DNA of 64,000 nt. Source: Camelus dromedarius. Lineage: Eukaryota. Location: NCBI RefSeq assembly GCF_036321535.1, contig NC_087437.1:24678001-24742000 (forward strand). Direction: 5' to 3'. Each line of letters opens with the position of its first letter. Positions within the stretch are counted from its first letter, which is position 1. Of the stretch, positions 12,990 through 25,765 are shown piece after piece. The position numbers and the translations under genes were made by a program. Under the pieces are notes generated by a model. It was not told the origin of the DNA. It saw only the letters and a list, made by a program, of their open reading frames with translations, and ran no database searches.

Positions 12990-13290
12990 GGATTCATCTT
13001 CTGGCTTCGTGATCTTGGGAGACCCACTTCTTTCCCTTCATGTCTTCACATGCAAAACAAGAGGATGAATACCCACTTTACAGTTTGTTTTAAATGAGAA
13101 ACAAAGGAAATAGTGTTTGTAAAATATTTGCTGAATGCTCCAGTTAAATCTATCCAGTAGTTCAAGGTGTGCCATGCATCCTGGCTTTCAGATGGGAATA
13201 ATAATTGTCTTACTGTTCAGGGTTGTTGAGCAGGAGCTACTACATGTAAAACAGATGGGGCAGTTCTTGGCACATTTTAATGCTTTTTGT
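12990..13290 (+). mobile_element. MIR fragments
   Basis: gtgatcttggga...tcttcacatgcaaaacaagagga, and agatgggaatatataattgtcttactgttcagggttgttgag. Confidence 0.55.
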
Positions 13291-14628
13291 TGTCGTTAGT
13301 CCACATACTTAATATAGATTGTAAAAATGATAGGGAAATGAAATAGTTTTTAAAAACGAACTTGAAAAGGAGAATCACCACATATTGTTTATGAATATGC
13401 AATATTGAAGTTCTACAGGTTAGACAGTGATAAAATTGTTCCAATTACAGAAATACCAACTGAAAGAAGTAATTTTGATCGTTCACATTTGTCTACTCCT
13501 TGGACAGGCTCGTGTGAGCGTGAAATGAGATGGCTTTAGAAAATCTTTCTGGCTTTGGCTGGAAATAATGTTTTTAATCGGAGAATGTTTGGCACCTGGT
13601 GGAGTTCTCGAACATCTTTAGTAATTAATGCACACAACATTAGCTAGGTGGATTTTGAACATCCAGAGATATTTTTTATCTTAAAAACATTGTGTTTCAT
13701 GATTCATCTACAATATACAAGCTTATATCCTCTTTAAGATGGGATGAAAGTACATGATTTGATTATGTATTAAAAAAACTGAGCTGGTACTTCTTAAGTG
13801 TTAACAGGTGCAAAGAGGACAACACAATCAACCACAATAAATAAAATATTTCCCTGGTCAAGTTTGAGAAACACTAGGCTAGTTAAAACTCTAAAGTAAA
13901 GCTTTTATTATAGCATTTCTCAGAATCTTTACTATATAATGTGTGTTGAAAATCTCCAAGCTTGGCTGTAGTTGTTTGCTGTGCTTTCTAATATTATTTG
14001 ACTACTGAATTCTTTTCTTGAGGGGCTATTATGAGGATATATTTTTGGGAAGTGCTGGGTTAGAAGATTATTGTGTTTCTTGTCTTCATTTTTAAATGAG
14101 GGGAAACAAAGTTTATCCAAACCCCAGGATGGCATATGAGTTTATAACTTCCCACTGCATTCCCACCTTGTTTGGTCATTTCCATTGGAGATATCCTCAT
14201 AAAGCTAGCCTATCACGCAGTTCCTAGGATAAGAGTCTGTAGCTTCTGGCTTCTTTCTTCCTTTTTCTGTTTCAGAAAAGTGCAAATTATCTCATAGGCT
14301 AGGTCCAGAAAAATGCTGATTTTGCTTATAAGAGTGTCTGATCCTGAGGATGGAGAGAAAAAAAGTAGCTTCTGTGATTTAAAGTATCAGGAGAAAGAGT
14401 CTAGACTCCAAACAAAAGTTGATATTCAAGAACAGCCGTGGAACTTTAAACTATTATTTTAAATTAGAAAATCAGATGCATCGATTAATCACAAAGGTGA
14501 TCGTGATGACAAGTTTCATCATGGGTTTTTGGCTATCTTTCCCCAGGAAGGAGGGAAAACAACAGAAAAAAGAAAACCTCAAGTGAGAATCCTTTTACTG
14601 TGTTTTGTTGTTTTTGTTTATTTGGTTT

Positions 14629-14843
14629 TAGTCCTCCAGCCTTGACACCACTGGCATTTTGGGCTAGATAACTCTTTGGTGTGGGGGGCTGTCCTGTGCA
14701 CTGCAGGATGTTTAACAACATCCCTGGCCTCTACCCACCAGATGCCAGCAGCACCTCATTCCCTTCCTTTGATAATCAAAAGTATCTCCAGACATTGCTG
14801 AATGACTCCTGGGGGCAAAGTCGCTGCCAGTTGACAACCACTG
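14629..14843 (-). mobile_element. MER20 (hAT DNA transposon MITE)
   Basis: Near full-length reverse match to the MER20 consensus as I recall it: ggggggctgtcctgtgcactgcaggatgtttaacaacatccctggcctctacccaccagatgccagcagcac...ctccagacattgc...gttgacaaccactg. Confidence 0.92.
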
Positions 14844-15821
14844 AACTACTCGTTTCCCTCTGGTACTAAAAGATGGATGTAGAAAATTGAAGGGACTTAT
14901 ACCGTATACATGTTTGTGTGAATAATACAACAAAACTACAAATACATTCAAGAGGATTTACAATTCTGTAACAGATTTTGTCATTTTTCTAAGTCTCAGT
15001 CTGGAAGTATGAGATGACTTTCTAATCTCCTATTAACTGACTTATTTTTCATTCTTCTACACTGACTGATTGCCATTTCCACTTGAAAGAATATTGGCGA
15101 AAAGTTCACTCTTAAAGCATTTAACATGAAAATTATTAAAACTGTGACTTAACCTATCTCCTAGATAATCTTTCTGGAATTAACAAACATAGTTATTGAA
15201 GTAAATAAGTAGTTGACAAATATGTTGGTTAAATCTATAAACCTAATGAAATGGGATGGTATGCAATGCCTTGCCTATTTATATTTTAACATTCTTTTGG
15301 GCTTTAAATTCACACCTATTTTTCTATCTCTCAATAGTTTCCACCTTTCATATTGGTGTTTGGGACTCTTTTATAGAAATGAAGTGGTCCGTGATAGGTT
15401 AGAAAAGAGAGTGTCTGAAAATAAGATTGTGGTTTTCTAGCACAATCAAGACTAACAATGTGAATTACAAGATTATTATTTTAATTCTTATTTATGTTTA
15501 TTTTTGTCTTGAGCGTCTAGGATTGAAAATTCACTTCTGAAAAGAAACATGATGAATTTTAAATTTAATTAACTTACACTGAATTTGAGTAACTCCCTAA
15601 ATGAAAAAAAAAAAAAAAGAATAACTAAAAAGAAAAAGAAGGCTGTATGTCATCATAACTAGACAGATTCTCAAAGCTTGTATCTGTGATGTACTCATGG
15701 GATAACTTAACATTTTGACATAATATCTTCTGTTTAGTTAATATTCAATTATATATTTTCCAGTTTTAAATAATCTAATTATGATATAGGTAGAAAGATG
15801 AGCTCTAGAAAAATAAATATC

Positions 15822-16530
15822 TTTTTAAATTAAAATTTAAAATTTTTATTGAAGTATAGTTGATATACAATGTTGTGTTCATTTCTGGCGTACAGCATAG
15901 TGATTCAGTTATACATATATATTCTTTTTCATTATAGTTTATTATAAAATACTGAATATTGTTCCCTGTGCTATACAGCAGGACCTTGTTGTTTATCTAT
16001 TTTATATATAGTAATTTATATCTGCTAACCCCAAACTCTCAATCTATCCCTCCCTACCTTTGGAACCATAAGTTTGCTTTCTATATCTGTGAGTCTATTT
16101 CTGTTTTATAAATAAGTTCATTTGTATCATTTTTTAGATTCCCCATATAAGTGATATCCTCTTTCTGGCTTACTTCACTTAGAATGACAAACTCCATCTC
16201 CATCCATGTTGCTGCAAATGGCATTATTTTATTTTTTTATGGCCAAGTAATATTCCATTGTATAAATATACCACAACTTCTTTATCCAGTCATCTGTTGA
16301 TGGATGTTTAGATTGCTTCTATGTCTTGACTATTGTAAATAGTGCTACTATGAACACTGGGGTGCATGTATCTTTTTGAAGTAGAGTTCCCTCTAAATAT
16401 ATGCCCAGGAGTGGGGTTGCTGGATCATATGGTAAGTCTATTTTTAGTTTTTTGCGGAATCTCTATACTGTTTTCCATAATGGCTGCACCAAATTACATT
16501 CCCACCAACAATGTAGGAGGGCTTCCTTTT
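15822..16530 (-). mobile_element. L1 3' end (artiodactyl/camelid type), 5'-truncated
   Basis: ttattgaagtatagttgatatacaatgttgtg...gttccctgtgctatacagcaggacc...catccatgttgctgcaaatggc...cattcccaccaacaatgtaggaggg. Confidence 0.93.
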
Positions 16531-16999
16531 AAAGAAATCTGTATCTCAATAGTAGGAATATTATTTTCTTTTTGCTTTCCAAAGTTTTTCTTTGAGTACA
16601 GAGTTTTTAAAATGATATGAAATACATTCCCCACCCAGTTATTTTTTGTGCTTATATTAGCCTTAAATAATAAAAAGCTTAAAGCCTATTTTTTATTTTT
16701 GAATTTTACATATGATTATACTTAAGTTAATCTTCTTTATTTGTTTTCCTTTTATGAAAAGGTACTCGGTTACCACTGTCAGATTACATTAGAGGATTTC
16801 AGTGACATTCTTGTACTAGAGAGACTACAAACACTTCTGCAGGCTGTGTATTTATGCAGCCACAATGGGCATAATCCTATTTTTATGAAGAATGAATAGA
16901 ATTGACTTAAAAATAAAAACACCTTCCTGAAATCACCTATATTCTATTTAGCCCAATTAAAAAAAAACTTGCAAACATGTTGCAAACATTTAAATCAGA

Positions 17000-17610
17000 C
17001 AAGTCAGCAAATCCCTTGCCAAAGGTCAAAAAGATTGCAGTAAAAATCCAAACAGACCTGACAAGGCAAAGGAAGTGGACGACTCAAATAAATTTATTTT
17101 CGAGCACACCTTTGCGCATCTTTGCTCAAGGGTCAAAACAGAATTATTTCTAGAATAGAAATGGTGACTATATGACCTGTTGTTTAATGACTTGTTGCTA
17201 AACTAGTTTATAATTACCAAATTAATCTCAGCATATATTAAAAACCGATTTGCACAAGCTATGGGCAAGTAAAAAAGGTTGCAGAGCACTCTACCTGCAT
17301 CAGTACAAAGCACTGCATAACAAGTATTTGTTTTTGTAGCTATTGTGGCTTTGGGAACAAGTAAATACAAACAGCGGGAAACACAAATACAGCGGCAGTG
17401 CAACTGGACGTTGTTAGGGAGCAGTGTGGCGGCTTTAGGAACTGAATTCGGCTTGAAATAAGCTTTGTCTCAGTATGCGTAAGAGGCTTTGGCGCGGTAT
17501 CAGACCTCTGGGGCAGCCGCTCAGCGGGACAGGGATTAGCCAGCGGTTTACTCTAGTCCGTGCTTCCCGATTCACAGAAAACTTGCTTCCCAGTCACGCT
17601 CTTACGTTAA
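17000..17610. promoter_or_regulatory. Candidate enhancer or alternative promoter (CpG islet plus TF motifs)
   Basis: 15 CpGs in 17375-17606 within apparently repeat-free DNA; AAAGGTCA, FOX-like and GGATTA motifs. Function is inferred only. Confidence 0.45.
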
Positions 17611-20459
17611 CTCACTAGGGACTGACTTTTCCATCTATTTTTTTTTTCCTTCTGGGATTTTTGGGTCTTTTGCCTAAAAACAGTAGCAGATGTTAATTCA
17701 GAATCCAAAAGAAAAAAAAAAAAAAAAGAAAAAAAAGAATTTAATAAACATGTTTGAGAAGATACCAAATGTTTGGCATCTATAGATAGTAATAAAGCAT
17801 AACCGTGGGTCATTTTGCAAGCTGAGTAATTCCCATTTTTCTGAAATTGATGTTTCTTTTCTATGGGTGGCCCTACCAGAAATGTCTCAAGCACAAATGG
17901 CCAGTATTTTAACATAACTGCTACTCACTCAAATAAAATTCTGAATGTATTTCTATTCCAACAATGAGATGTGTTCTTTTTTTTTTCCCCTTTTCTTTTC
18001 ACTCTCTCTCTCTCCTTTTTTTTTTTTTTTTTGAGGCTTGACAGGGTTAATTCCATTTAGCTGTGGGAAGACGATGCTGTGGTGGAAACCCCATGGTTAT
18101 TCCAAACGCATGACCATCAAAGAGCCAGATTAGCTGAGCGAGGAGGGAAAGGAAGCTGTGCATTTCCTGTCTCTTAATAAAGCTAAGATTACAGAAGTAT
18201 TTAATAACCATTGTGGGTTTTCATAGGAAACTGTATGAACACTTTTGGTAATTTGCTCAATCTATGGATACCGTTGAAGATTGTTTTTGTTTAAGCTAGC
18301 TTAGATATCTAGAAAATGTTGTAAAACCAGGATCCTATTACGCATAGCACCGCTAAGTAATCAACTATAAAGACATTACAAGTTCTTTTTGGATATCTCA
18401 TTTGCACTGAGAAGAGTGAGTTGCACCGCGGCTAAAGAAGCCACAGCAATTGTTTTATAAGCACTGAGAAGGCAATAAAATGTGGATTCCTTATGTAGGT
18501 CCAAATGTAGCAGCTGGATTTGGCTTTATGAACCATGAAAAATAGTTCCCATCTGGAAGTTGATGTTGAATAAAGATGCCAACAGCAAGACAGCATTTTG
18601 CATGAAACATTTTATACATGTCTAGCACAATCATTGGTACTTTCTACTTATAACTGGGAAATAATAATTGAGGATCAGTGAGTTTAGTATCCAATACCCC
18701 AAACTTCTTAACCTTGGAGTGATGTTTGTTTTGTTCATTAAAAACAAGCTAGACGACAGCAAAATGACTTTTCCATTTTCTTAATAAATAATTAGCACTT
18801 GATAGTTATATAATTTCAACCTAGAGGTTAAAAATTTCATTGGCAATAATGAAATATTGATAATTAGTAATGAAATAATGGTAAATTCTTTACTAATTAA
18901 ACAATGTATAGTGATGTATATTTTTCACTTCTTCACTGTACAGCATATTATAAAATGTTAGTCTTCTCTCTGAATAAATTTCTTATCAAGATTTCCATGT
19001 CAGTAGTATTTGAAGTTACAGATGAACTGGACTGTCTGAGGAAATTTTACTATCCCTGTGTTTCTGAGGAGGAATATTCTCGAATACAAAATACACATAT
19101 AACCATAAATCCAATTTTATAAGATTGGTATAATGGTTGTCAGTAAGTTCCAACCTCCCCCTGAATTTATCATGCAAATTGATCAAAATGATTGCTTACT
19201 GCCAACTCTTTTTAGTAGATTTTTTTTTTTTGCAGTTAGCAAGGACAGACATAATTTGCCCTCTTTTTGCAATAGTTTTGTCCATATTAAAACTGAGAGA
19301 CTGAGCAAATAATAAGAATGTTGACAATATTTATAATCTACAATGCATCATTTGATTTATGTTAATCCAACTATGGAAAAGTTAAACTCAAAGATGCTAG
19401 TGTTTAGGTTTTTTCATATTGGTTCTTTAAAACAGATAAGGATTTTAAATGATTAGAGTCTCAGGTCTGTCTTTTTTCATTTTTTTTTTAAAAAATTGCA
19501 TTTTTTACTTACTTAATCTTTCAGATAAAACAGAGCCTGCTTTAGTATATCTCAACTCAACATTAAACATTTCTTTGTAGCATGTTTTGAGGTTCAATGA
19601 AAATGCAATAAAGGATAGAGACAAAATAGAAGGTGTGAATCTATCAAAATTGATTAAAACTGGACAAAATTTACTAGATAATACTTCCCTCAACTTTCTG
19701 TTTTTAATTAGATGCTTGTTTCTAAATTCATCTACCAGCACATAGAGAGATCAGTAAATTCCAGCACATCATTGTTTTTCCAAAGTAACTTCTCTTCATG
19801 TAGAGGTCCACATGTTACGTTCACTTGATTTAAAAATTTCATTTTCACACTTGTTATCTTTGAAAACAGAGGATGGAAAAAATGATTGTAAAGTCCTTAG
19901 TATAGTGCCCAGCCTTCAGGGCTCAATAAATGGTAGCTAGCAAGACCGAACGATGGAGAAACTTTCTGTTGTAGTCTAATCACTTTTGTTTGGGATGCTA
20001 ATTATTAACATTTAATCAGTATTTAATGTAAGGTTAAGAACAGTAATATTCAGAAAGTGAAAGAAATTTTGAAACGTCAAAACACATTAATAATTGGCAT
20101 GTGTAATGAGTTCTACCTATGTGAAACAAAAACCGAACAACCGGAGAATTTACACTGTGTTCTCTTCTGATGACTATCCAAAATATTTATTTGTGAGCTA
20201 GCTTTTTGCTAAGCCCCAAACTACAGCTTAAAATTTGTACACTACAAAATATTGTTCAGACCCTTTACGAATTGTATGAGTAAAATTTGAAATGGCAGTA
20301 ACTATAGAGAAATATTTTTGTTTCTCAATGTAATTAAGCATAAATTCTTTTTAAAAATGGAAAGAGAAGAATCTTTTCTTCATTTTTGTTTTACAAGCTT
20401 CCTTTCCAGAATTGTATTACCTGTGCCTCTGCAGAGATGGGCAGAATGTTTTTTACCCA

Positions 20460-20810
20460 GCGTTTTCTCTTCAAAACCAATCTTGAAGATGCAGCTAAAA
20501 TTGCATTATTCCATAAAGCTTTTCTCGATTCTTCCATGATAGGCCCTCTCACTTTTGGACTTGCAGAATTGAGATTGCCTCAGTAATCCGTTGGACAACT
20601 CTCTGTATATATGTGACAGGATATACTTATATATGTAGTTTTGACTTTGTATTTATAATCTGCTACTCTTTAGATAGTCACACAAGTACATTTTGTAACT
20701 CCAAGTACATAGTAACTTTCTAAAAGCAAACACTGTAGTTTTACAAGTTTGATAGTGGATTATTCACAGCTTTGTATATGACAGGCATGCAATAAATATT
20801 TGTGGCTTCT
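20460..20810 (+). mobile_element. L2 3' remnant
   Basis: gcagctaaaattgcattattccataaagcttttctcgattc and a terminal ggcatgcaataaatatttgt; highly diverged. Confidence 0.5.
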
Positions 20811-20833
20811 CTACACTTGATAAAATATTACAT

Positions 20834-21193
20834 CAGTGGTTCTCAACCAGAAATGGTTTTGCCCCTCAGTGGAATTTGGAATGTTTGAAGAGTTTGGAGA
20901 CATTTTCTCTTCTTACAACCAGGGGCTGGTGTGTGTATGTGTGTGTGTGTGTGTAGCAGTAGGGGCGGGTGGGTGGTTCGAGCATCGAGGGGAAGAGGCC
21001 AGGGATGCAATTAAACATCCATGCGCAGGATGACCCCCTGGCCTCCCTGACATACTCTTACTAGATGTTATCTTTTCCACTTATTTTTTTCCTTCTAGGA
21101 TTTTAGGTCATTTGGCAAAAAAAGAGTAGATCCTAAGATAACAAAAAATTACACAGCCTGAAGTTTCAGTAGTGCCCCAGTTGAAAAACCCTG
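20834..21193 (+). mobile_element. MER20, full ends, internally expanded
   Basis: Begins cagtggttctcaacc and ends gttgaaaaaccctg. 8-bp hAT-type TSD tattacat (20826-20833) / cattacat (21194-21201). Contains (GT)n and an extra ~90-bp segment. Confidence 0.9.
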
Positions 21194-21814
21194 CATTACA
21201 TCAAATTCCATGGCCACACAGTTAAATAGCAAGAATTAAAAGGCATCTTTGCTGGGGAAATCTAAATAGGTATCATTTTCCTTTTGTCCCAAATTTTACT
21301 AAATTCTGCATAGAATGTGAAATGTTAGGCATTTTTCATATGTAAATTATATTATCCTTTCTCCTGAATTTTATTTAAAGAGCATATATTTTATTATATA
21401 GATTTTTTTTTTAACCATTTGCCAAGTAACGTCTTTTCAGGTTTGAAAGCAGAGACCTAGGGGAAAAAAGCCAATAGAAAAGTCATAGAAATCATGTGTT
21501 TTACTAGGCAGAAAGAAAATAAAAATTGAGGCAATTTCTCAATTTGGTTTATTTTAGGAACTTGACCGATTTCAGTATTGTATGTTGAGATGTTTTACGT
21601 GCTTTCCCTTCCCCTGGATTGAACTCTATGCTTATCTTTTTTCCCTGTCTTTCTTCTTTTATAAATAGGTAGCAAAGATTCCATTAAATTCGATTGTGCT
21701 TGGGTTGGCTGTAAATTTCCGACAGACAAGCCCACTGGGACTTTTTTCCTAAGGGAATTACAACATCTCATGGGAAGGGAGTATTACCTTCAACTAATGC
21801 TAGAGGTTAGTTGA

Positions 21815-21910
21815 GATTGCAAAATATATGTATATATATGCATGACTGGGATAGCATCTATACCCCAGATATTGACACACTGTAACTGACTATACTTCAA
21901 TTAAAAAAAA
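21815..21910 (+). mobile_element. Short camelid-type L1 3' end with A tail
   Basis: atatatgtatatatatgcatgactgg...attgacacactgtaactgactatacttcaattaaaaaaaaa; reverse complement of the minus-strand L1 ends elsewhere in the window. Confidence 0.85.
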
Positions 21911-22499
21911 TATAGAGCTGAATCCAGCATAGGGGTTTTACTCATTTTATTCTCAGGCCTAGTCGCCCCTTCCTTTCTTCTTCATACCCCGAGTCTGTGC
22001 CAGAGCCCTGGGGAGAGAACCTGTCACGATGGTCTTTGTCCCTCCAGCCTTTCTTTGGTTTTTGACACAAAACAACCTAAGTTAGGGGAAGGAAGAAGCC
22101 ATAACGATACTCACCTCTTTGTGGATATTGATGTATTAGGTATTTTTCTTTTTAATATTTGAAGGTTTCTTCTAACTTGTGAAGTAGAAATGTTAGGAAT
22201 TAGCATATGAGTTTATCTTTTAAATACCTTTCTATCCTAGTTTTTGGAATATTGTTCATACCTCCATAAATACAGAGAAATTTTAGTTTCTTACCAACAG
22301 CCAGGTACAAATTCGATGCTAGTGTTAGCATATTTAAAAACTTTCTCAGAATTTTTTTCTGAGAAAGTAAGTTGTGAAAGCTATGGTTTAGAAGACTATG
22401 TATTTTACAGTATACAGTAGTTTTAAATTCCTAGATCTATTTTGCACCCTAGAAACATCAATATTACTTTGCTGCAGACCAAGCTCTGTTATAAACATA

Positions 22500-22805
22500 C
22501 AATTGTTCCTTAGTATCTGCTGGATAACTGGTTCCAGGAACCCCACAGAAACCAAAATCCTTGGATGCTCAAGTCTTTTATATAAAATGGTGTAGTGTTT
22601 GCATGTAACCTACTGCACATCCTCCTCTATACCTTAATCTCTAGGTTACTTAAACTACCTAGTACAGTGTAAATGCTATGTAAATAATTGCAGGCATGCA
22701 GCAAGTTCAAGGTTTGCTTTCTGGAACTTTCTGAAATTAAAAAAAAAATTTTTGATTCTCTGTTGACTCTGTGGAAGGGGAACTCATAGATATGGAGGCT
22801 AACTC
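22500..22805. mobile_element. MER2/MER2B (TcMar-Tigger MITE)
   Basis: TA-flanked; ggttccaggaacccc...accaaaatccttggatgctcaagtc...tataaaatggtgtagtgtttgcatgtaaccta...tgtaaatgctatgtaaata...gatatggaggc. Confidence 0.88.
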
Positions 22806-24548
22806 TTATAATTCAAAATAATAGATTTACTTTGTATCGAGGCATGTCATGGTTAAAGTACGTCAACAAAAAAACTATGTATCCAGTTCCATGATTTCAA
22901 AAAATAACTTTCAGTTTCTCTGAGAAGCATTTTCAAGAGCCACCATGCAAGAGACGCATTTAGTTAAACCTCAGCTTTTTATAACAAGTGTCCACATCTA
23001 TTTCTAAAATCCTGTTCCGTATTCTTAGATTATCTATCATAAATTTTCTCTTTCTGGTAAGTTTCTTCCTTCCTTTTTTGCTGGACTTTTTTTGGAATCC
23101 TTTATACTTACAACCCCCAACTCACACTTGGAAAAATCAAATATTTCTGCAAAATTTTTTCGAATACTTTATTTCTACCTTTCTCCAGTTATAATTCTGT
23201 GTATCCTACAAATGCACATTAAGTTGTCTTTAAAAATATTTGTCTCCTTATTGAACTTACTCTAAAAGGAAATGATCAGTGAATAACTTCAGTGGGGCTT
23301 TGAAGTGGGGTGGCTATCATTTATCATTCTAGCTGGAGAATGAGACTACTGTTAGATTATAAAAAGTAATCCCTTATTGCTCATACACATGGAAATGACT
23401 CACTATTTTGCAAATCATCTGTCTTACTCCTAGTGGGTCTGGTTCGGCCTAGTCAAACAAAAATGGGAGTGAAGAAAAAATAGTGTGGACATCCTTCATG
23501 CCCCGTGGTACTAGACTTTGAAAAAGAGTCAATGTTTATGCTGCAGATGCAGAAAGGGGCAGAGAGTATTTAAAATTATGGAGTGAAGGCAAGGGGAGAG
23601 AGATCAGATAAATATGGTTCCTTTAAGAAATTTAAAGACAAACAAGTAGAGAAAAGATAGGGGTAATATATAGTAAGCTAATTCTGAATTTAATTTCTTT
23701 TTTGTTTTTATTACCTGCTGCCTCATTGTCTTTCCTTTCTTTATATGTACGACTCTCCAACCACAGTATGAACTCTTTAGGGAAGGGATTGAATTTCATT
23801 CTTTATGTTCCCTGGACTCTATGAACTGAAGTAGCAAGTACATTCGTTGGAATAATCAGAATGCATGAAAAAACTGTGGAAATACAGTAGTTTTGGAAAA
23901 TTATCACTGAACTTAAAAAATATTAAAAAAATTTAAAACTGGAGATAAGTATGGAAATAATGTAACAAGCATGCATGTAGCCAACACACCGATGTAACAG
24001 ATGTTGGCAGTTTGCTGTATTTGCTTCAAGTCATTTTTTCAGAAGTAGTTAAAATTCCTCTTTTACCTTCTTCAATCTCCTTTACTTCCCTTTCTCCTCC
24101 TAGGCAATCACTGTTCTCATATTGGTGTGTTTACTCCCTTTTCATGTTTTTAATACATTTCAAGCTATAATCTGTAAACAAAAGAGTATTGTTTGTCATG
24201 CTTAAAATTTAGATAAATGGTTTGGTATTCTATGCATCCTGCATCTGGTGAACTTAATGTGTATAAAATCCTATCTCATTGTTATTTTAATTTACATTTG
24301 TATTTCTCTGACTTCTAGTGAGATTGAGCAAAGTGATAAAGGTTTCTTTGTCTTGTGAAGTTTCTCTTCTTGAATTGCCTATGCATAACCTTTTCCCATT
24401 TTCTACTAAAAACATCCCAAGTTATTTGTGTATAACATTCACACCAATATTCTCTTCCTATTTCATATTTGTCCATAAATGCATATATATATATCTTATT
24501 ATACAGGTATTTTCATTTTAAAGTTGACAAAGTTATCAATATTTTCTT

Positions 24549-24674
24549 TCTTTTTAAAAAAATTATTTATTATTATTTTATTGTCTTTTTTTTTTTTAAT
24601 GGTGGTGCGGGGGATTGAACCCAGGACTTTGGCATGTTAAGCATGAGCCCTACCACTGCACTATACCTGCCCCC
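24549..24674 (-). mobile_element. Vic-1-type tRNA-derived SINE
   Basis: ggggattgaacccaggactttggcatgttaagcatgagccctaccactgcactatacctgccccc; TSD atcaa(t/c)attttctt at 24535-24548 and 24675-24688. Confidence 0.9.
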
Positions 24675-24970
24675 ATCAACATTTTCTTCTATGAGACATT
24701 TTATTTAAACAAACTTTACATATCATGAGGTCATAAAAACCATCACTGTATTTTCCTCTTTTCTCATGCATGAGGTACATTTAAGTCTTTTTCATCTGGA
24801 ATTTATTTAGGTGTATAGAGTGTGTTACATATCTTATTTTATTCTATATCACATGGATAACCAATTTTTTGGGCCTCTTTCCTTGAGTAGAGCATCCTTT
24901 ATTCACTGCATTATAATACCATCTGCCAAATTCCCGGATCTGTGTAGGGTTCTTTCTGGCCTCTCCATAT

Positions 24971-25129
24971 ATTATTTTAATATATATATTTATTGAAGTA
25001 TAGTCAGTTTACAGTGTTGTGTCAATTTCTGGTGCACAACACAGTGCTTCAGTCATACATGAACATACATATATTAGTTTTCATATTCTTTTTCACCACA
25101 AGTTACTACAAGATGTTGAATATAGTTCC
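24971..25129 (-). mobile_element. Young camelid-type L1 3' fragment
   Basis: ttattgaagtatagtcagtttacagtgttgtgtcaatttctggtg...aatatagttccc; perfect 15-bp TSD ctggcctctccatat at 24956-24970 and 25130-25144. Confidence 0.93.
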
Positions 25130-25555
25130 CTGGCCTCTCCATATTATTTAATTGAGCTATTGATTTTTGTGTGCACAAACGCCACATCATTTAAATTAAT
25201 GTATTATTATATTATGTCTCAGTAGGTACTAGAGAGAGTTCTACCTTTTTGTACTGACCATTTTTGGCTATTTGCTTTTCATGTGAATTTTAGGGTAAGC
25301 CTATTGAAATGAAACTCGTTGGTATTTTGATTAGATTTGCACTGAATCCATAAATCAAATATGGGGAATAGCAACTTTATGCTATTGAGTCTTTTCAACT
25401 CTGAACATTGTATATCTCCCCAGTTTTTAAAGGCTTTTTAACGTCCTTCCTTAAAATTTGATAATTTTCTCTGTACAGGCCTCATTCTCCCTTTGTTAGA
25501 TTTATTCCTAACAACCTTATTGATTATACTAGTGTTGTTAATGGAATTTTTCCTT

Positions 25556-25765
25556 AGTGTAGAGCAGATAGTGGTTAAGAAATCTGGGTTCTGGATCCAA
25601 GGGCCTGAGTTCAAATCCTGCCTCTACCAATTACTATGTTTATCTCAATTTATGTAGCTCTCAGTTAGGAATAATTATAGCGCTTATTTAATAGGGTTGT
25701 TGTAAAGAGCAATTGAGTTAATACATGCCTAGAAGATAGTACGTAATATATTTGAATTATTAGCA
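25556..25765 (+). mobile_element. MIR inserted within the old L1
   Basis: tagtggttaagaaatctgggttctggatccaagggcctgagttcaaatcctgcctctacca...atagggttgttgtaaagagcaattgagttaatacatg. Confidence 0.8.

Noticed and set aside
16762..16899. Terminal coding exon VLGYHCQITLEDFSDIL...
   Set aside because: The acceptor is atypical (aag), I recognise no homology and I found no partner exon.
20386..20586. Coding exon after the strong acceptor at about 20409
   Set aside because: The second half resembles L2 sequence, the donor is weak and the peptide is unrecognisable.
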